Of a stretch of DNA of 64,000 nt, positions 1 through 16,289 are shown in pieces. The notes under the pieces are model-generated. The model had not been told where the DNA came from and did no database searches. It saw nothing but the letters and a program-made list of their open reading frames with translations. The position numbers were made by a program, and so were the translations under genes. Position 1 is the stretch's first letter. Each line of letters begins with the position of its first letter. Location: assembly GCF_009914755.1 (NCBI RefSeq), contig NC_060947.1, one strand, 5' to 3'. The stretch is from the human T2T-CHM13v2.0 reference genome, Homo sapiens.

Positions 1-253
<253 letters not shown>

Positions 254-1805
254 TTATTCTCCAATATTTATATGTAGGGCCACAACCTTTTCTTTGCATG
301 TGGGTCCTTTGGAATTCTTCCTTTCCTTCCCTGTATAAACCACACCCATAATGCTTCATTCCAGATTTCTATCTCCTAGTTTGGTTTTATTAAAATAGAG
401 AACAAATTTAAGAGATGAGAGTTCTTTTAGGTTTTTATTATTACCCCCCAATCTCTTAAAGTCGCTTCACGTACAGCTATTTTAGCAGTAACTTTGCTAC
501 TCACCTTATTGAACATTCCTAATGCATTCAACTTTGTTTTCATAGAAAGAACAACTCTCCTTTTTGCTGTTATTTAATCAACGTACATAATATTTAATTA
601 AATCACTTGGCCATGAGAAGTTCAGTGGACATAAACAGCTTGAGGGCAAACACAGCTGAATTTCTATATGCCAACAATTCTACTGGTGGGAACAAGGAGT
701 GTGCATCTAAGTACTAAGCATGCTATGGGCATCTGAATATTTTAGTGATAGAAAAGAGACCATCAGTTAACCCATTGGAGGTTGGTTAAGATAAATTTTT
801 GCAGGGTAAAATTTGCTTTTTCTTAATGTATCCTAACATTTTTCTTGTATGAAAATAGAGATCTACATCATTGTTTTTAAGGGACACATGGTATTTATTA
901 TACATGCATTAGGCTGGGTTCTTACTTGAAGACAACATAAAGCAGTTCTGACTCGCTTAACCAGAAACGGAATTTATTGGTTAGGCTATTTGGATTGTTT
1001 ATAGAGACAACAGAAGTCAATCAGAGTCAACCAGGCTTGGAAAATAGGTAGGAACACAATGAGACTAAAACAGGCCAAGGACATGCCCCAGGAAGTCTAG
1101 TGAGGACCTCTTCACTGGCACTGGCTTTCTCAGGACTTTTGCCAGGGCCACTTCTGGCATCTTGACTGTATTGCTGCCTGTGCTGAGAATTATCTTCATC
1201 TGTCCTTGTGTATTCATGTCACTTTCTCATGATTCAAAATCCTGGGCAGAAGTGTCTGACTAGCCAAGTCTAGAATCATTTAGAAGCATCTCAGCTTCAA
1301 GGGGACAGGGAAAAGGAATATCTGTCTCCTCCCTTCTCCCTTCCTCCCACAACACACATGCTTTGGCTTTAATAATGGGAGCCAGGGTTGTACTGTTTAT
1401 TTCTAAGACGCTTGCGGTGGGGGCATTTTCTTGGCATGGGATGTGTGTTTGAATGCTGGGTAGCCAAAAATATGACAAGTGTTACACTGTGATGCACTAG
1501 AGTTTATTTAATTAATATCCTATTATAAAAAATTTAGATCGTTTCCAGTTTTGTTCTGTTTTAAGCCACATAGTAATGGACACATGTGAGCAATCTACTG
1601 GGGGAATGAGGTATCTTAGCTGTTTTAATTAATTATTTTAATTTTTAATTTTAGCTGTTTTAATTTAGATTTTAAAAGTTATTAGTGAGGTGCAGTAACT
1701 TCATGTGTATTGGCATTTTGGTTTTCTTATTTTGTCAATTGTCTGGCATATATATTTTTTGAGATATAATTTAACATACCATAAATTCATTAATAAAAAA
1801 ATGTC

Positions 1806-2159
<354 letters not shown>

Positions 2160-2533
2160 CTATCATCACTATCTAATTACAGAATATTTTTATTAATACA
2201 AAAAGAAATTCCATGTATATGTTTTTGCAGTTTGTTTACATGGTGGTTTTTGCCACACAAAATTTTAAAATTTCATTTAATTACATTTTAATCTCTTTTC
2301 CTTTACAGTTTCTGTTTTGGCTTATGCTTAGAAATGCTTTCCCCACCCAATGTTTTGTTGTTGTTAGGTAATGCTTATTTTTATATTTTCCTAGTATTTT
2401 TTACTTTTTATTTTTACATCTTGTTCTTTAACTTGGAATTAATTTATAGATTGTAAGATGGTTTCTAAAAATGTTCACAATTATTAAATGGTTAGCGTAT
2501 TATCCCAGCACTACTTACTGATTTTCTCAGTGA

Positions 2534-3600
<1,067 letters not shown>

Positions 3601-3852
3601 TAACATCAGGTTGTTTTCTTAGCACAAGACTTTTTAATAATTAAAACTTTTAAAGACTCTTTAATGTCTGGTTGGGTAATTAGCATTTAGCATCATTATT
3701 TTTTAGTAATGACTTTTATAAAATTAATGGTATACTTGAAATGTTTGGCCAAACTGAGTTGTCCTTTTCAGCCTCACCAAACTTTTATTGTTTTCTTGTA
3801 GTTTATTCTTAACAAGTTATGATAAATATAAAATAAGTGTTTTTTCTTTTTC

Positions 3853-4175
<323 letters not shown>

Positions 4176-5167
4176 TAAATACTGACAGTTATTTTCGTTT
4201 TCATAGGCATTTAATGTTTTCGCATTTGTTGGTTTTGGCACTATTTTGTCTTAGAAGTAAATTTGTCTTAGAAGAAAGCAATAACATTACAGGCAGTTCT
4301 TGATTTAGACATAGATTGTGTCTGACAAGTTGAATCAGATGATTTAAAAATAAATTTTCTTAATATTTTTATATTCGGGGGTACATGTGCTTGTTTGTTA
4401 CATGGGTATTACATGTGTAATCAGGTGATTGTTTTGATGAGGGAGAGGAGGCATTCCAATCACCAAATAGCCTTCATAGACTCAAAGATTCCTGCACCAA
4501 GACCATATTTAACACATAACATTGTTGAAAAGTAGCTGACTCATTTGTAATTTCAAGTAGTTGAATTCTACTTCCCCCTACCTTCCTGAGATAATGATAG
4601 CTGCCTTGCAAGAAAAGTTCCACACACACTAAAAACATGTTTCTACCTTTTGTCTATTATTGACATGGCAGCAATTGCTTAGCCCCTGTTGGAAAGGCAC
4701 ATATATACTTGAGGCATATTTCTCACTTTTGGGGAACCTGTCTCTACCTGTGTTTATTGCAGGGTATTGGTATTTTTCAAGCATTCTCTCCACACCACTC
4801 TCACCTTTGGCTGGTTTTACTTTATGACTTTTGCACACATTGCCCTGTTAAGTTAATCCTTTTGAGGTTATTGTTAGCTTTGGACTCCAGCCTGAATTGG
4901 CTGTATGAACATAGACAAGTCTCAGCTTTAGCTTCCTTAATTTTAAAAGGAGGTTATGATTCTATTTACGTAGCAGGATTGGTGTGAGACACATGCAGTG
5001 CTATAGGAATCTGAAGCATCTGTATTGTTATCATAGGACAACTTATTTGTAGAGATGCTATGACTACTCTAGGAGTCACAAAAATGACCAGTGAAGTACA
5101 TTGCCTTTTAATTTGAATGTTCTGTTCTTTTTTGACCTTATTACTGTGTTTAAGTATTACTACCTAA

Positions 5168-5503
<336 letters not shown>

Positions 5504-6436
5504 CAAACATACACCTGCCTACTTCAGTTGTTTCATCTGGAATCTTAGTCCTCTGTTTATATAATACTGGTTGTTTGATGAAAGAAATTAGACACTTAGT
5601 ATTTTGGAAACAAGTTAAGTAATAAGATTAATTTTCATTTTAAAGGTTTATACAATTTAAAAGAAAAGGATGAATTATATAAAATAATAGAGAAGCTAAT
5701 GCTTTCCCCTTTTGTTTTCATTTTAGAATGTGGTAGCAATTTTAAATAAAAGTGAATGGGTAGGAAAAAAATTAATTGATCTGGAAATACTATATAGATA
5801 CCTTGAAGGCAACTAGTTGATTGTTATTTGCATAGCTAGAAATCATCTATTTATTTAATAAAATAAGCACGTTTTTATAGCCTTGGTATAATAAAATGGG
5901 TTATTTGGGCTTTTTATATATATGAATTTATCATTGGTCTTACTTATTGAATTATTTCAGTTTCAGTAACTTTTCTCTTAATTTCTACGTACTTTGTATT
6001 TTTTTTCTTTTTCATTTCCCATTAAAATGAGTTGGCTTTATGAGATGAAATAATTTAGGCCTACAATGAGTATAGGTAGTCCTATGACATACCTGTGTAT
6101 TTACTACCCAGCCTAAGAAGTTAAACATTAAATATATAGTTGCATTTCCCCTTTGTGCTCCTCTCAAGTCACTCCTCTCCCCTCTCTCCCCTCAATCTGT
6201 TGAATTTGGAGTTTATCATGTCTGTGCACATTTTTATATTTTTACTATCACAACTATATATGTGTGCATACAAAAACAATGTATAACATTGTTTTATGTT
6301 TTTAAACCTTTGTATCCTTTTTTTGGACATAACATCAACATTTTATTTTATTTTTTATTCATAAGCATTGTTTTCTTTTGTCTTGCATATTTTAAAATGT
6401 ATTAGATGGTATCAAACTATCACTTTGTCATTTGCA

Positions 6437-6512
6437 TTTTTCTTAGAACATTGTTTTCTTAGAACAATGTTTCTTAGAACATTTTTCTTAGAACATTGTT
6501 TTCTTAGAACAT
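6437..6512 (+). repeat. Tandem repeat, 14-16-bp unit x5, core TTCTTAGAACA
   Basis: TTCTTAGAA at 6440, 6456, 6471, 6485, 6501. Confidence 0.9.
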
Positions 6513-7790
6513 GCATTTATTTATCAACATATATTGATACATAAAAATACTTCTAGTTCATTTGTTTTTAAAATTATTTTGTGGCACATTATAATTATTC
6601 ATATTTATGGGGTACAATTTGATGTTTTGATACATCTACATGTTGTACAATGATCAAATCAGGGTATTTAGCATATCTATCACCTCATACATTTATCAGT
6701 GCTTTGTGATGAGAACATTCAAAAGCCTCTCATCCAGCTATTTTGTAATGTACAATACCTTACTGTTAACAATCCTCAACCTACTGTGCAATAAAAACAC
6801 CAGAACTTATTCCTTCTATCTAAATGTGACCTTGTAGCCATTTACCAGACTCTTTCCATCCTTCCCTCCCCAGTCTCTGGTAACCACTGTTCTACTCTAT
6901 GACATCAACCATTTTTTTTTTTTTTTTGAAATTCCACATGAGCAAGATCATGTGGTATTTGTCTTTCTGTGTCTGGCTTACTTCACTTAACATGATGTCT
7001 TCCAGGTCCATCCATGTTGTCACAGATGGCAGAATTTTATTCTTTTTTATGGCTGAATAGTATTCCATGTATATATATACACCACATTTTGTTTATGCAT
7101 TTATCCATTGTCGGACATGGATTGATTCCATATTTTGGCTATTGCAAATACTGCTGCAATAAACATGGCAATGCAGATAATCTCTTCAACATACCAATTT
7201 CATTTCCTTTGAATAAATACCCAGTAGTGGGATTGCTGGATCATATGGTAGTTCAATTTTCAATTTTTTGAGGAATCACCATACTGTTTCCCATAGTGGC
7301 TATACTAATTTACAATCCCACCAACTGTGTATAAGGGTTCCCTTTTCTCCATATCATCACCACCCCTCTTTTCTTTTGTTATTTTGATAATAACTGGAGT
7401 GAGTTGGTATCTCCTTGTGGTTTTCATTTGCATTTTCCTGGTGATCAGTGGTATGGATTGCATCTGTGTCCTGGCCAAATCTCATGTTGAAATGTAATCC
7501 CCAGTGTTGGAGGTGGAGCCTAGTGGGAAGTGTTTGGAACATGGAGGCATATCCCTCATTAATGGCTTTGCACTATCCCCTTGGTGATGAGTGAGTTCAC
7601 ATGAGATCTGGTTGTTTAAAAGTGTGTGGCACCTCCCATTCTGTCTCTCTTGCTCCCACATCACCTTCCACCATGAACAAAAGCTCCTTGAGGCTTCACT
7701 GGAAGCTGAGCAGATACTGACACCATACTTGTACAGCCTGCAGAACTGTGAGTCAATTAAACCTTTTTTCTTTATCAATTACCCAGTCTC

Positions 7791-7856
<66 letters not shown>

Positions 7857-7866
7857 CTTTCTTTCT
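7791..7866 (+). repeat. (TTTC)n microsatellite at an Alu tail
   Basis: Direct reading. Confidence 0.95.
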
Positions 7867-8165
7867 TTTTTTTTTTTTTAACTGACACAGGGTCTTGCTC
7901 TTTCACCTAGTCTGGAGTGCAGTGGCCCAGTCACAGCTCACTACAGCCTTGACCTCCTGGGCTTACGTGATCCTCCCACCTCAGCCCCCAGGTAGCTGGG
8001 AATACAGGTGTGTGCCACTACACCTGGCTAATTTTTGTATTTTTTGTAGAGACTGAGTTTTGCCATGTTGCCCAGGCTTGTCTCAAACTCCAGGGCTCAA
8101 GCATTCTGCCTGCTTTGGCATCCCAAAGTGGTGGGATTACAGGTGTGAGCCACTGTGCCTGGCCA
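7866..8165 (-). mobile_element. Alu (J-like)
   Basis: Alu consensus. Confidence 0.9.
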
Positions 8166-8300
8166 GGTATTTCTTTATAGCAATATAAGAGCAGCCTAAC
8201 ACAATTAGTGATGTTGAGTGTTTTTTCATGTGCTTGTTGGGTATTTGTATGTCTTCTTTTGAGAAATGTCTATTAAAGTCTTTTGGTCATTTTTAAAAAA

Positions 8301-8410
8301 ATTTATTATTATCATACTTTAAGTTTTAGGGTACATGTGCACAACGTGCAGGTTTGTTACATATGTATACATGTGCCATGTTGGTGTGCTGCACCCATTA
8401 ACTCGTCATT
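8301..8410 (-). mobile_element. Short L1PA 3'-end fragment
   Basis: tttaagttttagggtacatgtgcacaacgtgcagg...actcgtcatt. Confidence 0.85.
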
Positions 8411-8678
8411 GGAAACAATTAACAAAGTAAAGAGACAATCTACAGAATGGGAGAAAATATTTACAAACTATACATTTATCAAGGGGTTAATATCCAGAAT
8501 ATATAAAGAACTTAATGACCACAAAATAACCTGACTAAAAAATGACCAAATGACGAGTCTTATTTTGTGGTTGTTAAGTTCTTTATATATTCTGGATATT
8601 AACCCCTTGATAAATGTATAGTTTGTAAATATTTTCTCCCATTCTGTAGATTGTCTCTTTACTTTGTTAATTGTTTCC
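8411..8678. repeat. Inverted repeat, 119-bp arms (8411-8529 and 8560-8678), 30-nt spacer
   Basis: Arms are reverse complements at 117/119 positions by manual alignment. Confidence 0.95.
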
Positions 8679-8967
8679 TTTGCTGTGTAAAAGCTTTTCA
8701 GTTTTATGTAATCTCATTTGTCTACTTTTGCTTTTGTTGTCTGTGCTTTTGAGGTCCACTCAAAACTTCCTTGCTAAGCCCAGTGCTGTAAAGCATTTCC
8801 TGCATGTTTTTTTTTAGTAGTTTCATAGTTTCAGATTTTATATTTAAGCATTTAATCCATTTTGAGTAGATTTTTGTATATGATGAGAGGTAGGGGTCTA
8901 GTCTCATTTTTCTGCATGTGGCTATTCAGTTTTCTCAGCACCACTTATTGAAGAGAGCAGTGTGTGT

Positions 8968-9440
8968 TTGTTATGGTTTGGATGTTTGTCCTTTCCAAAT
9001 CTCATGTTGAAATGTGATTCCCAGTGTTGGAGGTGGGACTTGTGGGAGGCGATTGGATCATAGGGGAAGATCCTTCATGACGGGTTTGGCACCATCTCCT
9101 TGGTGATAAGCAAGATATGGTGGGGGGTTTTTTTTGTTTGTTTTTGTTTGTTTGTTAGTTTGTTTTTCACCATCTCTTACAGGAAGGAGAAATCTGGTTG
9201 TTTAAAAGATTCTGGTACCTCCCCCTGTCTCTCTTGCTCATTCTCTTGCCATGTGACATGCTGGCATACCTTCGCTTTCTGCCATAATTGTAAGCTTCCT
9301 GAGGCCCTCACAAGAAGCAAATGCCAGCATCATGCTTCTGTATAGCCTGTACAACCATGAGCCCAAATAAATTCTCTTTTCTTTATAAATTGCCCAGTCT
9401 CAGGTATTTCCTTATAGTGATGCAAAAATGGACTAACAGT
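8968..9440. mobile_element. MST-type MaLR LTR
   Basis: tgttatggtttggatgtttgtcc...gtctcaggtatttccttatag...ggactaaca. Confidence 0.8.
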
Positions 9441-9803
9441 GTTCTTAGCACCTTTTTTTGAAAATCAGATGGCTGTAGGTGCATGAATTTATTTTAGGGC
9501 TCTATTCTGTTCCATTGTGTATGTGCCTGTTTTTATACCAATACTATGCTGCTTTGATTACTATAGCCTTGTAGTATATTTTCAAGTCAGGTAGTGTGAT
9601 GCCTCCAGCCTTGTTCTTTTTGCTTCAGATTGCTTTGGCTATCTGGGGACTTTTGTCATTCCATATGAATTTTAGGGTAGTTTTTTCCTATGTGAAGACT
9701 GTCATTGATATTTTTATAGGGATTGCATTAAGTCTATAGATTGCTTTGGGTAGTATGGCCATTTTAACAATATTAATTCTTCCAATCCATGAACATGGGA
9801 TAG

Positions 9804-10156
<353 letters not shown>

Positions 10157-10489
10157 GTGCTTTATAGCTTTTAGTGTAGAGATCTTTCACCTCCTTGGTT
10201 AAGTTTATTCCTAAGTATCTTTTTTTTATGTAGCAATTGTAAATGGAATTTTTTTTTCAGGTGGTTTGCTATTAGCATATAGAAACACTACTGATTTTAA
10301 TAAGTTGATTTTGTATCCTGTGACTTACTGAATTTATTTTTTAGTTCTGTTTTTTAGTAGATTCTTTAGGGTTTTCTGTATATAAGATCATGCCACCTGC
10401 AAACAGGGACAATCTGACTTTCTTCTGAAACTTTTTTTTCTAAACTATGTTAATGGGATTTATCCCTGTTGCTACTTGCAGCTCTACTT

Positions 10490-10715
10490 CAAGCTTTCTC
10501 ATTCTCAGTGCTATAGACATTTGGGGCCAGATCATTCTTTGTTGTGAGGGGCTTTCTTGTCCATTACAGGATAATTGGCAGTATCCATGGCCTCTATGCA
10601 CTAGATGCCAGTAGTACTCCCTTGCTGCACTCTGAGTTGTGACAACCAAAAGTGTCTCCAGACATTTTGAAATGTCCTATTGGTGGTGACATCACCCCTT
10701 CTCTCAGTGAGAATC
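10490..10715. mobile_element. MER20 hAT relic
   Basis: gacatttggggccagatcattctttgttg...gttgtgacaaccaaaagtgtctccagacatt. Confidence 0.75.
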
Positions 10716-11167
10716 ACATTTCTAGTTCATTCATTTTAACTTCTATATTATGTTTCATTATAAATATACCACAACCAATTTTTTCATTTCCTTGTTGATG
10801 GACATCTAGATTATTTCCAAAGTTTTAACTATTAGCAACATTGTTGCAATGAGCATTTTTGTTCTTGTTTCCTTGTGCACATGTGTGAGACTCTGTCTAA
10901 GGTACTATGCTTAGGAGAGAAAATGTTGAGTTTTAATATATGCATATTTTCAACTCTACCGGCTATCATGAAGCAGTTTCCATAATTGTACTAATTTATA
11001 CTCTAACCAACGGAACAAGAGAGATCCTGTTTCTCCATATCCTCACCGACACTTGGTATTGTCAGATTTTGAGATTTTTATCTACCTGATGGAGGTACAT
11101 TATATTCCTTGATTACCACAAGGATCACAAATTGTGCAGATAGAGTTGTATCCAAAAAAGGATTAAG

Positions 11168-11553
<386 letters not shown>

Positions 11554-13267
11554 TTATAAGTGCTGATTATTTTAGGGGAATTTTAGAATGATGTTTGAGC
11601 TTCTGTGACCAGCTTTAAGAAGTGGTTTTGAACAATCAGACTTCATATGTGCCATGTTTTCTACTCAATTTCTGTAGTTTCTATTTCCAAACCAGAGATG
11701 ATCATCTAGTCATAATATTGTTCTTCATCTTAGAAAATGATATTACTGATGGTGATTACCATCTCTACTTAGGGAATGGCTCAAAATATATTAATAACTT
11801 GAAGTTATTTCCCTCAGTGTTGTTGGATGCTTTTGTTCTCAGAGTCACTCATCACTAACAGCTGGATGCCAAATTTGTCTCTTTGATACTGTCGTTTCCC
11901 AGAAGCCTACATGTTTTTTCCATACTATATGAAACTGTTTATGATCTTACTCTGTTTTCTGAGTCATTTTGCTAAATGCAGTAGGATGTTACAAAAGATA
12001 TTCCTGGTTTTGTACCTACCTTTAAGATTTAAAATGAAAACGATGGACATAACATATATAACAAAGTCAATTAGAGTTGTGTGTATATGTAATAAAGTAG
12101 TGAGAGTGAGATGGAATTCCTCCAAGGTTTCATGTGTAAAGTCCAATTTAAGTAGAGTTTTGAAAAAAAAACAATGCAGGTGAATTACGAAAGCGAAAGA
12201 AATATGTATTCAGAATTGATATGACTTAAATTAAGATGTAGTGGGAAAAGTGGCTTAATTAGTATAATTTTTGTTTGTGCTCACACATTGTGGACTCCTC
12301 AATACTTACTTCCTGGGTGAATTATCCAGTGCCTTTCTGCCTGACTGATCTCTCTCAGTTCCTCAGTAAGCCTGAGAGTTAGTCCAGTGCTTTGGTCTGG
12401 GACATACCCCATGATAAAACTGTATTTCAGTCTTACATTCCTAAACAGGTAAACTAGCCTTCACCTACCAAAGGTATTGTATTCTAAAAGTTTGTTGCCA
12501 ATTCTGTTTGTTGAATTTGATGTTTTCCCATAAAACGATTTAGTCAACTTTGGTAATCTTGCAAGATCAGCCCTCAAAAGCCCCATTTGACCCATAAGAT
12601 ACAGGAGCAAGTCTGAGTTCTGTGTTCTGGAGGTAGACAGCCAAAGCTATAAGAAGAATAAGGAAGAGTTTCCTTTTTTAGGCTCAGGACTATCCTTAGA
12701 TAAAATTTTGATAGGATCTGTTTGTTTTAGACATTCTTCTACTTCCATTTTTATACCCTTGTACTGCTTCCCACTGACTCCTCCTGGGCTCCTAATACCT
12801 TCATGCTTGCCTTAAGTACTCCATCCTGGACTCGCCACCTGAACTCATCCTATTTGTCCTTTGCTCCCAAACTTGCCTTTCCTGTCCTATCTGGGCTTTT
12901 GTTCTCTTGTAGTAACTGACCTTATGTAGGTATTAAGAGATATAATTCCAACTATCACCCCCCTGATTATCAAAAAAGAGTTTATATTTTAAAAAGAAGA
13001 TACACTGGATGTTAAGACAACTGACCTTCAAAAAGTCACTTCATGGGGGAAAAGAGATATGGAAGGAGCTATTCTAGATTAAATGAGACAAAAGAGACAT
13101 AAAACCAAATGCAATGTGTGAACCTTGTGAGGGTCCTGAATAGTAAAATTGGACTTCTTCAGACTTGAAAACTTGTACACAAAAGGACACTATCAAGAGA
13201 ATGGAGGATTTGGGTACAAGCGGTTGAAAGATGGTTTGGCTGCTCTGGTCGGATTCTGCCGTCCCAG

Positions 13268-13608
13268 TGAGGCTGGAAAATAGGGTCTAGAGGCAGGAAC
13301 ATAAGGCTGATTCACACTTCAGCTATGACAGGAAATATCCTCTCATAGAGCATAGGCCAAGTAAATGATTTTGTAACTTTACTTCATCCTCTCCTTTTAC
13401 ATAGGGTGTACTCCAAGTAGAGGGTATTTAAACTCAAAAAAACTCTGTAAGAGGGCCTTTTGAGCCCCTGTGCTCAGGCCTGCTCCCATACTGTGGAGTG
13501 TACTTTCATTTTCAACAAATCCCTCCATTCCTTCCTTGCTTTGTTTGTGCGTTTTGTCCAATTCTTTGTTTAAGACGCCAAGAACCTGGACACCCTCCAC
13601 TGTTAACA
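13268..13608 (+). mobile_element. Solo ERV1-class LTR (LTR10-like) in the 5' UTR of the C4orf46 retrocopy
   Basis: TG...CA termini, 4-bp TSD CCAG (13264-13267, 13609-13612), TATTTAAA at 13425-13432, degenerate polyA signal AACAAA at 13514-13519. Confidence 0.8.
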
Positions 13609-14629
13609 CCAGCCCTTCCCTGTGGCTGACCCTGAGGTGTTATGAGTTTCTTCACAGCCCTACTTCCTCTCTCTTCTCCCTCATTTTCAGACCCTTCTTC
13701 AGCATCTTCCCTGGGCATTGCTGTGAGTTTAGGCCGGCCCGTTTTGAGCAGGAGCAGCAGCGGAACAGTAGACCTGCTGGAGGAAGTGGGGCTGCAGATC
13801 AGAGACACAGCATTTTCGTCAACCAAACTTCTTGAAGCCATATCTACAGTATCAGCTCAAGTGGAAGAGCTTGCCGTCAAATGTACGGAAAATGCACGTT
13901 TCCTTAAAACATGACGGGACCTCTTGAAAGAATGCTGTGATTCTTGGAAACCTGACAATTGATTTGGCATACTTAGCTCTTTGATAGTGACTGTGTAATA
14001 ATTCATACTTCCTCATATATGATCATTTCACATGTGCCACATATATAGGATAATATCTAGCAGTTCTCTATATCTTCAGAATGAAGTTTTTCTTGGTTTT
14101 CTTGACCTTTGTAAAAGCAGAATACTGATTCTATTTTTGATGTTGATCAGTACTTGTTTATTCTTACACTTTCTGCCCTTCAAACTTTCATAAAATCCTT
14201 TACAAAATTTAATTTTATCAGTAGATAGTTAATATTAATTGTGCCACAGTGCTACCAGTAGCAAACTAAGTGGACCATTATTTGTTTTGCAGTAAGATGC
14301 CAAGCATGGCAGAATTAGAAGTTGAGCTTCATCTTATGGACCAAGGGAGATAACTTTAAGGTTCCAGCTCCATTAGGCTGAGTTCTCTAGGCAAATGATT
14401 GTCTTACTTACTTCGATATCCCCAGCACCTAAAACAGTGTCACATAGCATTCACTAAATGTTTATTGAAAAGAAGAGTTGATTAACATAATACAAAGCTA
14501 TTTTTTCTTCCTGTATTTAGCAGGAAGACTATAATTGTTTCTCTAAAAATGTATGAATCAGGACTTTGTTGACTTGAAGGAAAATGTTATCTTTTTCACA
14601 GAGATTTTAACTTTGATGATAGCTTTTAA

Positions 14630-14990
<361 letters not shown>

Positions 14991-15492
14991 TGAAAGACTG
15001 TCTAGAAAGAACGAATTTTTTTTCCTATTTATTTCTATGGTTACTGCTTTTACACTTAATATTTTTTGTTTTCGGTATTTTTATATGTTTGATTGCTGTC
15101 TTTAAAGTGCCTTATCAGATTTATGGCTCTGTACTATGAATTTTGGAGCTTTACAAGTTATTTACATAACTCTAAGTTACTTTGCTTCCAATACATCAAA
15201 TTTAAATAACATGATTGTTTTTATATTATTTGACCTTAGTGACAATGTCCTATTTTATTTGTTCTGTATCTTATGTCGCTTTTTGGTAGTTTGTATTATG
15301 TGTGAATGATTAAGCCAACTAATTCTGTACCATATATAACTTCTGGATATCTTTGATATGACATCTTAATTCTTTGTAGATATGGTGATGTGTACAGAAT
15401 GATATTCTGAAGCTCCACAATGGTGCATTGAAAGGCTGCAGATGGATGGCCAAAGAATAGTTTTGTTTAGCATATTAGGTCTAGTTCTGGAC

Positions 15493-16115
15493 TTTTTTTT
15501 TTATACTTTAAGTTCTGGGGTACATGTGCAGAACATGCAGTTTTGTTACATAGGTATACACGTGCCATGGTGGTTTGCTGCACCCATCAACCCATCACCT
15601 ACATTAGGTATTTCTCCTAATGTTATCCCTCGCCTAATCCCCACCCCCCGACAGGCCCCAGTGTGTGATGCTTCCCTCCTTATGTCTGTGTGTTCTCATT
15701 GTTCAAATCCCACTTACGAGTGAGAACATGCAGTGTTTGGTTTTCTGTTCATGTGATAGTTTGCTGAGAATTATTGTTTCCAGCTTCATCCATGTCCCTG
15801 CAAAGGACATGAACTCATCCTTTTTTATGGCTGCGGAGTATTCCATGGTGTATATGTGCCACATTTTCTTTATCCAGTCTGTTATTGATGGACATTTAGG
15901 TTGGTTCCAAGTCTTTGCTATTGTGAATAGTGCCTCAATAAACATACATGTGCATGTGTCTTTATAGTAGAATGATTTATAATCCTTCGGGTATATATCC
16001 TGTAATGGGATTACTGGGTCAAATGGTATTTCTAGTTCTAGATCCTTGAGGAATCATCACACTGTCTTCCACAATGGTTGAACTAATTTACACTCCCGCC
16101 AACAATGTAAAAGCA
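15493..16115 (-). mobile_element. 5'-truncated L1PA
   Basis: L1 3' UTR and ORF2 C-terminus (WNQPKCPS..MEYSAAIKK); TSD CTGGACTTTT at 15487 and 16116. Confidence 0.9.
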
Positions 16116-16289
16116 CTGGACTTTTTTTTTTTTAAGTTAAAAGATCACACACAGGGTGTGATTTCTATACCAAAGATATGCTTATTTCAGTATGAGGAAA
16201 AATATTTTTCTTACATGTCCTGAAAATTGCAATTTTAAAAATGTACAAAATAAATTTTTATTAAAAGCAAATTTTATTTCAAAAAAAAA

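Larger units (their letters stand above)
7450..8203. mobile_element. MST-type MaLR LTR split by (TTTC)n and an Alu
   Basis: ccaaatctcatgttgaaatgtaatccccagtgttggaggtgg...aattacccagtctc / aggtatttctttatagca. Confidence 0.8.

Noticed and set aside
6437-6512. CRISPR-like repeat-spacer appearance
   Set aside because: Eukaryotic intron, no unique spacers; a simple tandem repeat
15703-15945. L1 ORF2-like peptides (also 18125-18409, 3081-3606)
   Set aside because: Fragments of truncated, inactive L1s
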